From NCBI GenBank assembly GCA_036867785.1, contig CP145414.1:124001-188000 (forward strand): DNA of 64,000 nucleotides, in the 5' to 3' direction. Within the stretch, counting starts at the first letter, position 1, and every line of letters begins with the position of its first letter. A program made the position numbers and the translations under genes. Below the pieces are notes generated by a model, which saw only the letters and a program-made list of their open reading frames with translations, was not told where the DNA came from and did not search any database. Shown one piece after another: positions 10,316 to 23,296 of the stretch. The stretch comes from Plasmodiophora brassicae (Eukaryota).

Positions 10316-11047
10316 GGTGGTTGATGGGCGCAGGTCGACGTGGGTTGGTTAGGGTGCAGGACGTCCTACGGTGACTAAATATGGATTTGACGGACACAGG
10401 CATGCCCGCACCGGGTGGCGACCGATCGATCGATCAATCTGAATCCACGTCGACATTCGGTCGCACTAGTTCCGGCCCTGACCGGGTGTCACGCCGTGGC
10501 CTCGATGTGCTCCATCGCTGGACATAGTCAGGTTTCGATTGTCGACCGCGATCCGGAATGCATCAACTGGCTGTAAAGTGTAGACGCAAAGTCGGAGGCG
10601 ATGCGTCCCGCGATGGCGTTGTTTTGCGACAACTTGCAGCCAAGGCGCAATACTAGGGCACGTGCCATATACAGGGGGCAGCCGACTGCGTACGGACTGC
10701 GCAGCGGGGTTCACTATTTACGATGGACCTGGCAGTGGCATCCGGCGGCAGCGCTGGGCCTTGTCCCCGTTCGCTGGCGCCGCTGCGTCGGTAATCGATG
10801 CCCAAACCGTATCGATTGTGGTTCCCGCTGGGCGGTTATCGTCTGGCGGGATCCCGCGCCGCTCCTCGCCCAGGGTCCTACAGCGACGCCGTTTTCCATA
10901 GTACCATGCCTGACTGTTCGAACGTCGAGCGCCCCCCGTGTCGGCATGGTCTCCGATTATTCCGACATCACATCCAGCAACCGTTTGCGCATAACTGTAT
11001 GTACATAAATAGCGCTATAGGCCGATCCCCGGGTCAAACTGTTTGTG

Positions 11048-14000
11048 TCATTGGACTGCTCGGACACCGAGCTCAGCGACGTGAATGCGAACGAGGAGCA
11101 GGTTGGCGGCCAGCTGCGCCAGGTTGTGCTTGCCGATCGAGGCGCCGCTCAACCCGTGCGTGATCAACGACAATTCGCGCGATATCCGTTGCGACAGGGC
11201 CTCTGGATGTCCCCGAACGAGCTTGGCTTTGTAGGTCTCGAAATCCTGCCAGAACGGGGTCATCCATAGCGCCCACGTGGCCGGGCAATCGTTGCCGACC
11301 TTCTCCTGCATCAGCATCAGCGGCAGCAGTGCCTTGGCGATCTTCGCGTGATTCGGGTCGGCCTCGAACAAGGCCATGTCGAGCAGCATCTCGAGGAGGT
11401 GGCTGGCCACGTTTGCATTGCCGGCGGTCAGCGCCGCGTCGAGGCGCGGGCCCAGCGCTGGCGATGGCCCGGCAATCGTCGTCTGCGGACGTCGTTTCGC
11501 CTGGTCGAACCGGAAGTTGAATATCGACGCCAGCGTGTCGAAGCAGAGGCCAGCGTTCTCGTGATCTACGGGACAGCCAGGGGCGTGTTACCGCACCCAG
11601 ACGCGCTGAGCATCGTCAGGGCGTACCGAAACCAGTCGTCCCACGAGCCACAGACACGATCAGCTCCTGGACGATCTGGGGGTCGAACTCGGCCAGGGCG
11701 ACGTCGGCGAACAGATCGAACATGACCTGCACGACGCCAAAGTAGGATTTGGCCAGCGGGACCCGCGACACGATGTCCTGCAGCGGGACATGGCCCGACA
11801 GCACCACCAGGACGGTCGCCCGGATCAGGTCGACCGCCGTGCGATCCTGGTAGAACTGCATGGCGCCGACCTGGCCAACGCCCACCACCACCACGTTCAG
11901 GGGCGTCGCGTTAGGACGGGTGTCACCTGGGAGACGCACCTGAACGAAGTCGCCGCGCAGGCACCGCGAGACGACGTCGAGGAAGACTTGCAGGTTGACG
12001 AGGTCGTCTTCGATCAGGTCGTGGTGGCGCGTCGCGTCCCGGGTGCCCGCCTGCCGGGGGCTGCCCGCATTGCTGCCTGCGTTCGTCGGGGACGCGGCGA
12101 GCACGCTCCGGGGATCGTCGTCGTCGTACAGTCCGGGCACGATCGCCCCGGCCTATCGCACACGTTCGGGACGCGCTCATCGGCCCCCGAGATGCGCCCT
12201 CGCCGTACCTGCTCGTTCGACTCCCGGTGCAGGATCCTGGGCCGCGCGTACGCCAGCAGCGTGGGGGCGATACCGCGAAACAGGCGAATGCCGTCGGCAG
12301 AGTTGCTGGAGAACGGCGTCGCGCGGTGGCTCGTCAGTTCCTGCAGCAGGGACAGGATCGCACAGGCGACGATCGCGGAATCGTGCCTCGCCGACCTGAC
12401 CGGGGAGGGGCGTCAGATCACACACGCGGCGACGAGGGCGCGCGCGTGCGGGCGCGCTTACATGATCCTGTGGAACACGGGCAGGTGCGGTTCGACCCAG
12501 GAGAACAGCACGCCGAACTAGGAAGCGACCGTTAGACCAGGCGCAACCGTGGGCCCCGATTTCCGAACGGTACATGCGACGACTCGCGGCAGGCGCTGAC
12601 GACGCCCCGCAGGTCACTGGCGACGGCGGCGAGCGCGCCGGTTTCCGTGTGCCGAAGTTCGTCGAGGGACATCGCGGCCAGCTTCGCGAACTGAGGTTGA
12701 AACACGTCGGTGACGGCCGCCCTGAACGCGGGCTGGTCGTCGACGATGTCGCCGCCGTCACCGTTCCCCGACTGGGACGCAGGATCGTCAGCGTCGTCGA
12801 CCAGCAACGACCTCGACCAGCAGGCGTAGAACTGGGAGCGCAGCTCCAGGTTCGACGATCCCTGCGACGACGGGCGTCAGTTTCGAGGGGGCCATGCAGA
12901 GGTTACGCGCGCCGACCGCTGTCAGCGACATGATGGCGCCGATGATGTTGAGGTGCTTCATCAGCTTGCCCGTAAACGAGTGGCAGCTGAGCTGGTTGAT
13001 CAGCTCGATGCACGCCTCGGTGATGGCGGCGTTGTCAGCGAACTGTCTGAGATTGGACGACAGCTTCACGACGATGGACGACAGGATCTGCTCGTGCCCC
13101 ATCGTCGTGCCGCAGAACGACGACAGCGCCGTGTAGAATTGCTCGAACTTCGCGCGCTGAGTGGTCGACAGCACGCGCGTAATGTCAACCAGATACGCCA
13201 GGCGCAGCTGCTCCAGGAACCCCAGGATGGCCTGCTCCAGGAGGACGCCGTGCGAACCCTGACGTCACACACTCAGAGATGAAGCCCAGCGAAGGTCGGC
13301 CAGGCACTGCGCCTACACATTCCATGAGCCGCAGCACCCGGAATGCGATTTCGGCATCGACGCGCGCGTTCTGCTCGGTGGTTTCCCCGAAGCGCGACCC
13401 GGACAACGCTTTGGGGATACCGACGACGCTGGCCCCAACGTGCACCAGCCACGAGATCCGTCCTAGGGTGCGGCCACCGTTCTGAATCGACGCCTCATTG
13501 GAATCCGGCTCGCGCACGCCTACCTTCGATCAGCGCCCTCTCGGCAGACCCGATGGGTCTCTTGGCTGCCAGCTGTTGTGTGTGCCCCAATCAGGTTTCC
13601 ACCCAGCAGACCGAGAATTCCGATGACCCGACCTGCTCCCGGTACTGCTTGTCGGCCTCGTCGAACAGTTTGCCCCAGTACGCAGCCGTTTGCCCATACT
13701 GGTGACGGAACAGGACCTGGAGGCTTTCCATCTGCTCCTGGAGCCGCTCGTCGGACAGGAACTCGGCCAGTTCGCCTCGCTGCGCGTGTCGGAAAACGCT
13801 ATCCAGCTGGCAGGCACGTCAGGCGACATTGGGCGTCAGGCGCACGGCACGACACGGTACCTGGCTTTCCATGAAGATCAGTGCCAAACGAAGAATGACA
13901 TCGTTCAGCGACTCCGGCGTCATCGTCCTGGGCTGCCCGTCGTCCCTGTTGGCCTGCTGCGTGAAGCGACCCGCCTTGGCGAACCCGGCCCAGAACTTCA

Positions 14001-15348
14001 GCAGAGTGCACGAGGCCTAATGTGATCGGATCAGAGCGGCGCCCGTTCAAGCACACACACACACCGCATCCGCTTCGCACCGCATCGTTCTGCGATATCT
14101 TGAACGTCTTCAACGTGAGCTCGGCCATCTCGTTGATCCACGACCGGTGGTCCGGCATTTGGTAGAAGTCGACGAGCTGAAACGTGGCCTTCAGGTTGCA
14201 CAGGACGCGCGCGAACGCACTCAGTGTCTCGTCGCTCACTAGAACGGCTGCAAACCGAACCGTCAGTCCAGGGTTGCAGGCCGGCATGGATTCGGGGGAA
14301 GGGGGCACAACCATGGGACCGTTTGGATATCTCCAGGAGACCGCGACAGACGCCGGCCAGGAACGTGGTGCGGACAGCATCGGGAGTGAAGAGCGAGCGC
14401 CGAACCCTGGCATAGTATGCCAGCGCGTCCAAGCACTGCGAGCCGTCAGCCGATGTGCACGGGGGACCCCTCCTGCGGTGATGACAACCGACCTCGGCCA
14501 CTTCCGTTTGGTCGCCACTGGACGCCGCCAGCTGAAGGACGTGAGCGAACAGGGATGGGTCCGCCAGGACGGCCCTCCAGGAATCAGGCACCATGAACGA
14601 GCCCGTCTCCTCCAGTGCCTACGTGGCGGGCCGATTCAGCACCAGCGGCGAGAGCCCGCGCGCGCCACAGTCAGCACCGCACCTCCTCGGCTTGCGACCC
14701 GACCACGTTGGCAGCCAGACACCTCGTGAACAATTGCAGAGCGAGCACTTTGCACTGGCTGCGCGCGCCGCTCTCGCTTCGCAGCACGACCTGCGCGAGC
14801 GTGACAATGTCGAGCAACGCGTCGGTGCGGAACGACAGGGCCACTTTGCGGTTCGCGGCGAACGACAGCGATTTTGTCGGCGACGACATCTCGGCGACGA
14901 GCTCGAGCAGGATCTGCAGGGCGAGAGCGCGGTGCGCGACCGTCGGCGACGCCATGAGCTGGCCGACCTGGACGCAGATCGTCCTGTGCGCGTGGTTCTG
15001 CAGCCAGCCGAGCTTCGTGATGCGCACCAGCAGGCGGATCACGGCCGACGTCACGAACGGTGGCAGGCGCCGGTCCTGCACCAGGAACTGCAGCAGGGAA
15101 TTTCGCATGTCGACCGTCTTGTCGGCGTCGAACCGGTTCCAGTAGATGGTCAGCAGCTCGAGCAGGGACGTGGCCGCGAGCAGCAGCGCCTCCGGTTTCG
15201 TCGACTGCTGCAGCAGCAGCTGGCATTGCGGGATGCACTCCGCCGACGACTGGAACGGCATCAGCGTCACCCGCGCCGCCGTCCTCGCTCTCGGGTCGGC
15301 GCCCGAGAACATATCGAAGGCGAGGGCCTCGAGCCGCGCCACCTCCAT
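11048..15348 (-). CDS. XPO7: Exportin-7 / RanBP16-17-like karyopherin, multi-exon
   Basis: N-terminus IPQCQLLLQQS...LLVRITKLGW...ALSFRTDALLDI. Internal VPDSWRAV, RVRRSLF, FARVLCNLKATFQLVDF, ILSSIVVKLSSNL and VYFGVLFSWVEP. Confidence 0.9.
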
Positions 15349-15715
15349 CGCTGGCGCGCGCTCCTGCCTTCACTATGGCGATCGGTTCACCTGGGGGGAG
15401 ACAGGGGCACGCGCCACCCCCCACCCTCCTGGGCACGTTGTCACGACGCCCCGACAGCATGGCCAACGGGTGCGCGCTTGCCACATCCATCCCCCTCGAA
15501 ATATCGCCCAAATGATGACGAAAAAGATCCCGCCAGGCGCCAGTCTTCCCGAACCGACGACGTACTGCAGTTGCGCGACTGTGCGACTGTGCGACTGCAC
15601 AGTCGCGACACGGAGCGCTGCAACGCTCGGGCGACGGACGTGTAACAGCACCCCGGCGGCGTCGCTCCGTGCGGCGAGTTTTTGATTTGCGCCGCGGCAA
15701 CGTTCGTCGGTTGCG

Positions 15716-16462
15716 ATGGATGTCGACGGAGGCGATGTCGAGGGGCGGCAGGCGCCTGCTGTGCCGGACGCGCCAGCGATGCCAGTGGGGGATGACAGGG
15801 CGGAACCCGAGGCCCAGGACGAGTTTGACGACGAGGACGAGGAGGCGGATGTGGGCGCCGCCGTCCCCGTCGTCGTGAAGGTATCGCCGCCGCCGAAGGC
15901 GAAACGGGTCAAGAAGACGCATGATGACACGCTGCCAGGGTTGCCGCTGGGCCCGGTGACCCTGCCGATGACGCGCGTGCGCAAGGTCATCAAGAGCACG
16001 CCATCGGTCAACAGTCTGGCAGGTCGGTTTGGCCAACGGGGCGCGCGCGCGTGCGTCGGCGACACTGACCGTCGTGATACGGTTGGCCCACAGGCGATGC
16101 TGGTGCCGTTATTGCCAAGAGCACCGTACGTCGCGTTCATTTCTGATCTATCGTTATCGTTCGTGGCCGAATCCCGCTCAACAGGAATTCATGATTGCTC
16201 GACTGGCGCAAGCGGGGTTCCGTCGTGCAGTGACCGAAGGTCGTCGCACGATCCAGTACAAAGACCTCGGTAGGGACGTTCGCAGGGTTCTGGTCGTTGC
16301 ATGCCCGTCTGAGCCATCGGGCGTGCAGCGGACGTTGTCCGGGACGACGAGCGCTGGGAATTCCTGCTGGACATCGTCCCCGGCAAGACTACCCGGGCGC
16401 GGTACAATTGCTCCAGGTTTGCAATCGATCCCCCACGTCATCCCGCTGTGCCTGATAAATAA
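15716..16462 (+). CDS. H2A-like histone-fold protein (POLE4/CHRAC1/NF-YC family), 4 exons; 3' end approximate
   Basis: Spliced LPMTRVRKVIKSTPSV...AVIAKST|EFMIARLA...RRTIQYKDL|ADVVRDDERWEFLLDIVP after an acidic N-terminus. Confidence 0.85.
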
Positions 16463-16867
16463 CACGACTGCCGTTCGCTGCCACGTCCGGTACCTTAGCA
16501 GGCTCGTCCCGACCACCAGTATGTCAGGCGCCATGCCACGATGCGAACGCCCTGGACCACGATCTCGCTGCCCTGAGGACAACTCTTACGCCGGCGCGGT
16601 TGGGCTCGCACCTCTTCCAGCGCCAGCGTAGATCATCACCGGCCGCCGGGCCCCCGTTGCTATGCGGTGGCGACGTCCCGGTGCCAAGTCACCCGCCAGG
16701 GTTGCGTCATGGCGCCTTGACTCAACTTGCACCTTGTTGTGGCTCTCGGCAGTAGACCACCGACGACGAATCCGTGATTCCAGAGAGAAAGCGAGCGCGC
16801 AACGCCGACAAGTACAACAACTAGGGTTCGACTGACTTGCCTACAGGTTCGCCGACACGCGCGCAGG

Positions 16868-17083
16868 ATGAACCCCTTCGAGATGTTTGAGTGCTGCGTC
16901 TGCCTGGAAGAACTCGCCTGCTGCTTCGCCTGCGTCTGGTGCTGCAAGACGATGTGCTGCTGCGGCGGCAGAGACAGTCGCCGGCAGCAGCAGCAGCCCA
17001 TGGTCGTTCAGCAGCCGGTGATGATGCAGCCTCAGCAGGGTTACGTCCAGCAAGGGTACCCGCAGCAGCCGCCCCGTTACTGA
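16868..17083 (+). CDS. Small Cys-rich / Gln-Pro-Tyr-rich protein, 71 aa (CYSTM-like composition)
   Basis: MNPFEMFECCVCLEELACCFACVWCCKTMCCCGG...QQGYVQQGYPQQPPRY, with GC3-rich codons like neighbouring genes. Confidence 0.7.
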   Translation: MNPFEMFECCVCLEELACCFACVWCCKTMCCCGGRDSRRQQQQPMVVQQPVMMQPQQGYVQQGYPQQPPRY

Positions 17084-17146
17084 GTAATACAACCAAGGGA
17101 TGCGGCGGCCCGCCTGGGACAATCTACTGGGCGATGTATGTCGTGA

Positions 17147-19839
17147 TCACATGCGGTTGACGGTTCGGATGCCGAGCAGGCTGAGGCCGGTCTTGATGAC
17201 GGCGCCGACGGCGACGATGAACTCGACGCGCGTGACGCGCAGGTCGGCGGTGGGCGCGTCCATGACCGGCGACCGCTCGTACCAGGCGTTGAAGTCCTTG
17301 GACAGGTCGAACAGGAACTTGCAGAGCACGAACGGCTTGTAGTCGTAGGCGGCCTTCTCCACCGTCGCCCAGAACGAGTTCAGCGAGTACAGCAGCGCAC
17401 GGTCGTACTCGGTGCCCAGAAGGCCCAGGTCGACGCGCCCGTCGCTGGGTGTGCCCACCTTCGCCAGGATCTGCTTGATGCGCGCGTACACGTAGCACAT
17501 GTACGGTCCTGCAGGGAACGATCAGCAGGCGGGCTGGATGACGAGGGCACGCGGCCCAACCAACCCGTATCGCCCGTCTTGGCGGTCCAATCCTTCAGGA
17601 TGAACGTGATGTCCTTGATCGGGTCCTGGTTCAGCATGCGATACTTGATCGTGGCCACCGAGATGGCGTGCTTCACTGCACAGCGAACGCATCAGCACAC
17701 GGCGCGCACAGCCACAGGCAGAGACGGGCCCGGCCACGTACCAGATTCAATCTCGTCGGACGACCAAATCTCACATTCCTTCTCGACGGTCGACCCGTCC
17801 TTCTTCGCCTGCAGGAAGAACCCGTCCTTGTACTTCTTCAGGTACGATTCCATGATCTCATCCGCCTGTGCAACCATTACCCCGATGCGAACAACGCGCC
17901 CGTTCCAGCGCGCCCCTACCAGTTGCTTCCTGAGTTCCGAGAAGTAGATGACAGTGCCATCCCGGGAGCTCATCTTGCCATGCTCACCAACGACCTGCCC
18001 GTACGCCAGGTGGAAGCACTTCTTGGCCTGCGGGTACCCCATGCGATCGAGGCAGGCGAACACCTGCTGGAAGTGGCAGCTCTGGGCGGCATCGACAACG
18101 TAGATGCTGCGGTCGATGTGGAATTCGTCAAACTTGCGACGCGCCAGCGCCAGATCCTTCGTGGCGTACAGGCCGGCCCCGTTCGACTTGATGAGGACCA
18201 GGAAGGGCAACGGCGGCTTGCACATGGACAGGTCACAGCCGATGGCGCCGTTCGTCTCCACCATGACGCTGCCGCCCTCCTTGCCGAGCTGGTAGTTCTC
18301 CATCACCATGGCCTTGCTGTCCTCGCTGACCTCCGACTCGAAGAAATCGTGGTCGAACCTCTGCACCACCGTCAGTGACGACCATCAAACGTATGCAGGT
18401 CGATGACGGACGGCGTCCAGCCAGGCGTAGATCGACTTGAACTCGTCCAGGCTCCACTTCTTGGTCGCGGCCCACAGCGCACACCATTCCGGGTCGCCCG
18501 ATTCCAACTTGAGCAGGACGTCGCCGACTTCCTTCTTCTGCTTCTTGTACGCCTCCTGGACCGATCCCGGGTGCTTCTTGTCCAGCTTGCCGATCTCGAT
18601 CAGGGCGTCGCCGGGCGAACACTCTTCCGCGATCAGCATGATCGCCTTGGCGTCGCCGCCCTGGCTGGCGCCCTGTGCCGCCTTCTTCTTCTGCTTGTTG
18701 CTCAGGCCGGCCTCGGGCGTCGCGTTCGCCGATTTGGGCGGCTGGGCGCCCAGCTCGGCGTACGCCAGCATGATGCCACTGGACTCCACGCCCATCATGT
18801 CCTTCGTCGCCACCGTCTGCTTCTTGAACCGCGTCCCGACTGGGATGTACGCCACCATGTCACCAACCTAACCCAGCCGTCAGACACGGGGCAGGATCTC
18901 GTCACCCAATCACCACAAACCGTGTATCCAGTGCCGCCGCAGACAACGGTCGCCGTTCGTCCTTCGCCGTACTCGACCTGGCAAACGTGCCAGTTCTTTG
19001 GGGCGTTCGGTGCAGGGTGCGCATCGATGGATACGACGCGGGCGGCGACGACGCCATCGTACGGGTATTTGGTGAGCTGGCTCAGGTCGAGCATGTCGTT
19101 GGCTTCGGCGTAGAGCAGGCCGAGGTACTCGCCCTTGCGATCGTCGGGCACGTTCAGGCCGTCCAGGTCGCACCCGCGTTCGTCCATGCGCTGCTTCAGC
19201 AGCCACAGGCACTTGGCGACATGGGCGCCCTCGTCGCCAAAGTAGTTGGCGGCGACGACCTTGTGCCCCATATGCTCCCACAGACGGACCAGCGAATCGC
19301 CCAGTGCCACGTTGCGCATGTGACCCACATGGAACGCCTTGTGCGTGTTCGGCTGCGAATACTCAATCATGACCTGGCGAACGTCGTCGTCGTTAGGGGC
19401 GACAGCTTCATGGGCACCCAATGCTAAGCACCTTCTCCTTGTTGCCGACAGGCTGCGCGTCCAGGTACCCTTCGTGGTTGATGGCGTGGACGACGGACGC
19501 GAAGAAGGCGGTGCGCAGCGTGACGTTCAGGGTCGGGCCCTGCACGACAATGGATTCGAAGATGGTGGACAGCGCGTCATCAGGCGACGTGATCCGCTCC
19601 GAGAGCAGCGACGCGAGTTCGGTGGCGATCTGGGCGGGCGGGCGCCCGCCGACCAATTTGCAGAGCGAGGCGCACGGGAACGCGAGTTCGCCTTGGCCGC
19701 GGCCGCGCGGCCGCTGCGTGCATTTCCTCAGCGTCGCCATGGCGTCGTCCGGTATCTCGGCCTGCAGCGACGTCACGCACGCTGACGCAATTGCCGCAAG
19801 CAGCGCCTCGCGCGCCTCGTCGATCACGTTCCTCGTCAT
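17147..19839 (-). CDS. RARS: Arginyl-tRNA synthetase with inserted tRNA-binding OB-fold, multi-exon
   Basis: IEYSQPNTHKAFHVGHMRN (HIGH), KSNGAGLYATKDLA, KMSSRDG (KMSKS), GDTG-PYMCYVYARI and the DALR-type end KTGLSLLGIRTVNRM. Confidence 0.95.
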
Positions 19840-20293
19840 GATGATGATGCCCGCTGCGTCTACGTACACGTTGCTCTGCGGAATCCGCCTGCCTACGCCT
19901 GCGCCGGTGCGTTCCGCTACGGAAGCCGCAGCGGCCGGCGCTGCCCTCCGTCGCGGACTTTCTATATCTAGACGCGGGCCACTTGTGGACTGCACCACAC
20001 ACGCGGCATTCGAGAGGCGGTCCACGTCGTGCCTGCCCGTAATTCACCTCGTCCTGGAACTTGATCTACCGCATCATCGTAGATCAGTTCACAGAGCTGT
20101 TCCTCTACGCCCTCCTGCTTGGGGTGATCAACGATTTGAGCCGATTCACGTCGTCCTGGGCAGTACACATGAAGAGTCGAGTACGTAACGCAACTACGTT
20201 GCAATGTGATCAGGTCTCCAGATGCGGTGTGGGGGTGTAATGCGATACCCCTCTGTCGACAACTGGGTGGGTCTGCACGTGATCGGGCTCAGC

Positions 20294-23005
20294 CTAAGGT
20301 TTCGCCGTGAAGGACACCGGCTTCATGGACAGGGCGCCGCCGGTGCGCGACTCGCCGCCAGCCGTGCTGGTCTTCACGCTGACCGTCTTGGTCTCCATGA
20401 CCATCTTGATCTGCGTGGGTGTCATGGTCGCGATCAGGTAGAACTTGTAGCTGAACAGGGTGCCCAGCGTGCACAGCACGATGACGGCGACGGCCACGGC
20501 ACGAACGACCAGCTGGACGCTCGGGTTATCCTTCAACAGCAGGAGAACGGGAAGGATCAGGACCTATCATGGAGGGCCCGGGGTTCAGAATTGTTCCCAC
20601 ATGCGCATGGCCCCGTCCATTATGGTCCGGCCCGGTTACCAGTGCAAGGAAGATGTTGTACGCGCACATGCACCTGTTCGAGCAACGGAGTCAGTGCCCG
20701 CGACGTGTTGCCAGCGGACTCGGCAATCTGCGACCGACATGTATTTCGTCTCGTTGAACATGAGCATGGGGATGTCCCGCGAGCGGTACGCCATGGCAGT
20801 GCCGGCGACGATGATGGCAAAGTGGATGGCGGCGACCAGCCAGAATCCCGCTGGCGCGTACTGGCAGCTGTAGACGAAGTCCAGGTCGGCGCCACAGGGG
20901 CACCCGGACACTCGGAACACCCTCTGGACGGTCGCCATGGCGCTGATCGTGTCCTGGCCGGCCATCCAGGCGCCGATGGCGATGGCGTCCACGGCGACCA
21001 GCAAAGCGAGGCGCTTGAAGACTTCGGCGTTGGTGATCGTCACGGTCCGCATGACGCCGCTGGCGCCCGACGCTGCCGCGAAGATCTGGGCCACCCTGTG
21101 CTGCTTGACGTACAGCGCGCCCTGTGTGTCAACCGGGGCGTGAGAAGGTGCCATTCGCGGGAGACGTCACGCCCTCGACGTCAGCATGTACCATCATGGT
21201 GATGAAGCCGATGCAGGTCAGCCAGACGGTGGCCCAGCAGCCGCTGGGGAACAGGTTCGGCTTCAGGGTCGCCGTCACGTTCGACGCCAGGAACACGACG
21301 GCGCCGATGCAGATGGTGATGCAGAAGATGGGCGATGCGCTCCTGATGACGGGATTGTCCTTGTTGTAGATGAAGGCGGGGATCAGGGCCAGGGCAACGA
21401 CCATGGCGAGGCCCGTCACCGAGTACGCTGTGGCGAATGCCCACGGTGCGGTGAGCAACTCGTTCAGGCAGCGATCGGGCAGCAGCGACCGGTCGTGCAG
21501 CAACAGGACCAGCTGGCACTCGATCGTGTTCAGCGCGTCTTGCGGCGACACGCGGCCCATCAGCGCCTGCAGGCGGACATGACCGCTCAGCACGAGGTGG
21601 CGCTACGTGGCTCGCGACGTACCTGCTGGATGTTCGTGAAGACGATGCGGGAGGCGTTCCCGTAGTGTTGAGGGGCCGTCGGCGCGCTGAACCTGTCGGC
21701 ACGAGCGCGTCAAGCTGGGACGACGTGCGAGCACACGCGTCGTGATTACCGGAACACGGAATAGTCATCGGTGATGTTCGTGTCGCACACCTGCCAGTGG
21801 TTGGGGTCGTAGGGTCCACACAGGCGCTTGCCGCAGTAGATCGACGTCCTGGACGGCGCCAACCCGAACAGGCGGTACCGGCGCGTCTGCTCTTGGACGG
21901 ACAGCATGGTCGTCAGCGTCGACGCCGCCTGCTGCGGGCGACTCGAGTACTTGGAGATGCCCAGGTAGGCGCTGCCGGCCGTCCCCTTCGATCGTGTCCC
22001 GGGGCCGTCGTTCGGCAGCATGGCAATGCCATAGGTCGCCGCGGTGACGTCGTCGCCTGGGAAGTTCTGCAGGCCCCACTGGCGGGTGAACGCGGCGCCG
22101 CCCGCCTCGAACAGCGCCTTGGACCCGTCCGCGTCCCAGGACGTCACCTGGTAGGGGCTGATGCCGCCGACCCATCGCACCGCACGCGCCAGCGCTTTCA
22201 CCGCTTTCGGGTTGTTGATCGACACCTGACAGGGGACGGCCGCCACGTCAACGTCCATGCAGCAGGCGAAGCGACATCTGGCGGGGCGATTACCCTGCCG
22301 TCGGGTTCGATGATGTTGCCGCCGCCATGCGAGCTGATCAGTTCGAGAATGTTGCAGGTCAGGCTTTCGTCCAGGGCGTCCCAGGCGTAACCGTAGAACT
22401 GCGGATTGGTCTGCCGTTCGCCCTCCTGGATCGTACGCGACATCTCCTCGAGCTCGTCCCAGGTCTGGGGCGGCGCCGCGTACCCGTACTTGGCCAGCAG
22501 GGCCTTGTTGTAGATCAGGAACGCGTTCTGGATGTCCCACGGTAGAGCGATGAGCCTGCCCTTGTACCAGCCGGCCTCGAGCCCGTCCGGATGGAACTGC
22601 TGTACGAAATCGGCGGGCAGGAGCTCAGTCAGGTCGGCCATGTGCTCGGCAAAGTCGGCCACCCAGATCGTGTCCATGTACGCAATCTGCCCGACACGAA
22701 TGTCAATTGCTTCCGAACGTTCCGGGCAGGGGCGGCCACCACTGCAGGTTCGTTACGTCGACGGCGCCCCGCTTCTGGATCTCGGCGTACTCTGCCGAGT
22801 ACGTGTCGCTCCAGGTCTCCAGGCCGATCGTGCTGTCCACACTGATCTGCACGTCGGGCACCAGGGACGAGATGTGGTCGGCGTACGCCTGCAGGCCGGC
22901 ACTGTCGGTGGCGTTGTCGGCCGTGGCCGTCAGGAACGTCAGCGTATCCGCTGCTGTGGCCCACCGCACGAGGGCCGGCCCGATAAGCAGAGCGACGACG
23001 AGCAT
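20294..23005 (-). CDS. Class C (7tm_3) GPCR with N-terminal ABC-type sugar-binding protein domain, paralog 1, multi-exon
   Basis: Signal peptide. SBP motifs LIALPW...LIYNKALLAKYGYAAPPQTWDELEEM, ESLTCN, GGGNIIEPDG|VSINNPKAVKAL. 7TM motifs PVIRSASPIF, LYVKQHRVAQIF and FNETKYM. Confidence 0.88.
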
Positions 23006-23296
23006 GGCGCCGAGCACGGTGACGGAACCGCCGTTCGATTATCAGCGGAACGCCCTGGCAAGCGATCCTGTGACCCGCAGGCTGGGTACGTGCCCATGAC
23101 CCGTGCGCTCCATCGGCAGTTACAGGACGACCAGGGGGCGATGACGATCACGTACGATTAGCGGCTGAACCTCTGCCCGTACCGAGCATTCCAGGCCGGT
23201 CGATTGTCGGCACAAGGCAGGCGGCTTGGCTTGCGACTGTATTGGTCGACCGGGCAGCACGGTTGATCAGGGCGTGTAGGCGTACGTGCAGGGCCC

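Noticed and set aside
8997-10352. 451-aa antisense ORF with FVCGSFFGGSARAV repeats
   Set aside because: Mirror of the minus-strand surface protein and its VNTR.
10400-11040. Short ORFs between the surface protein and exportin-7
   Set aside because: No coding bias or motifs; likely UTR or promoter.
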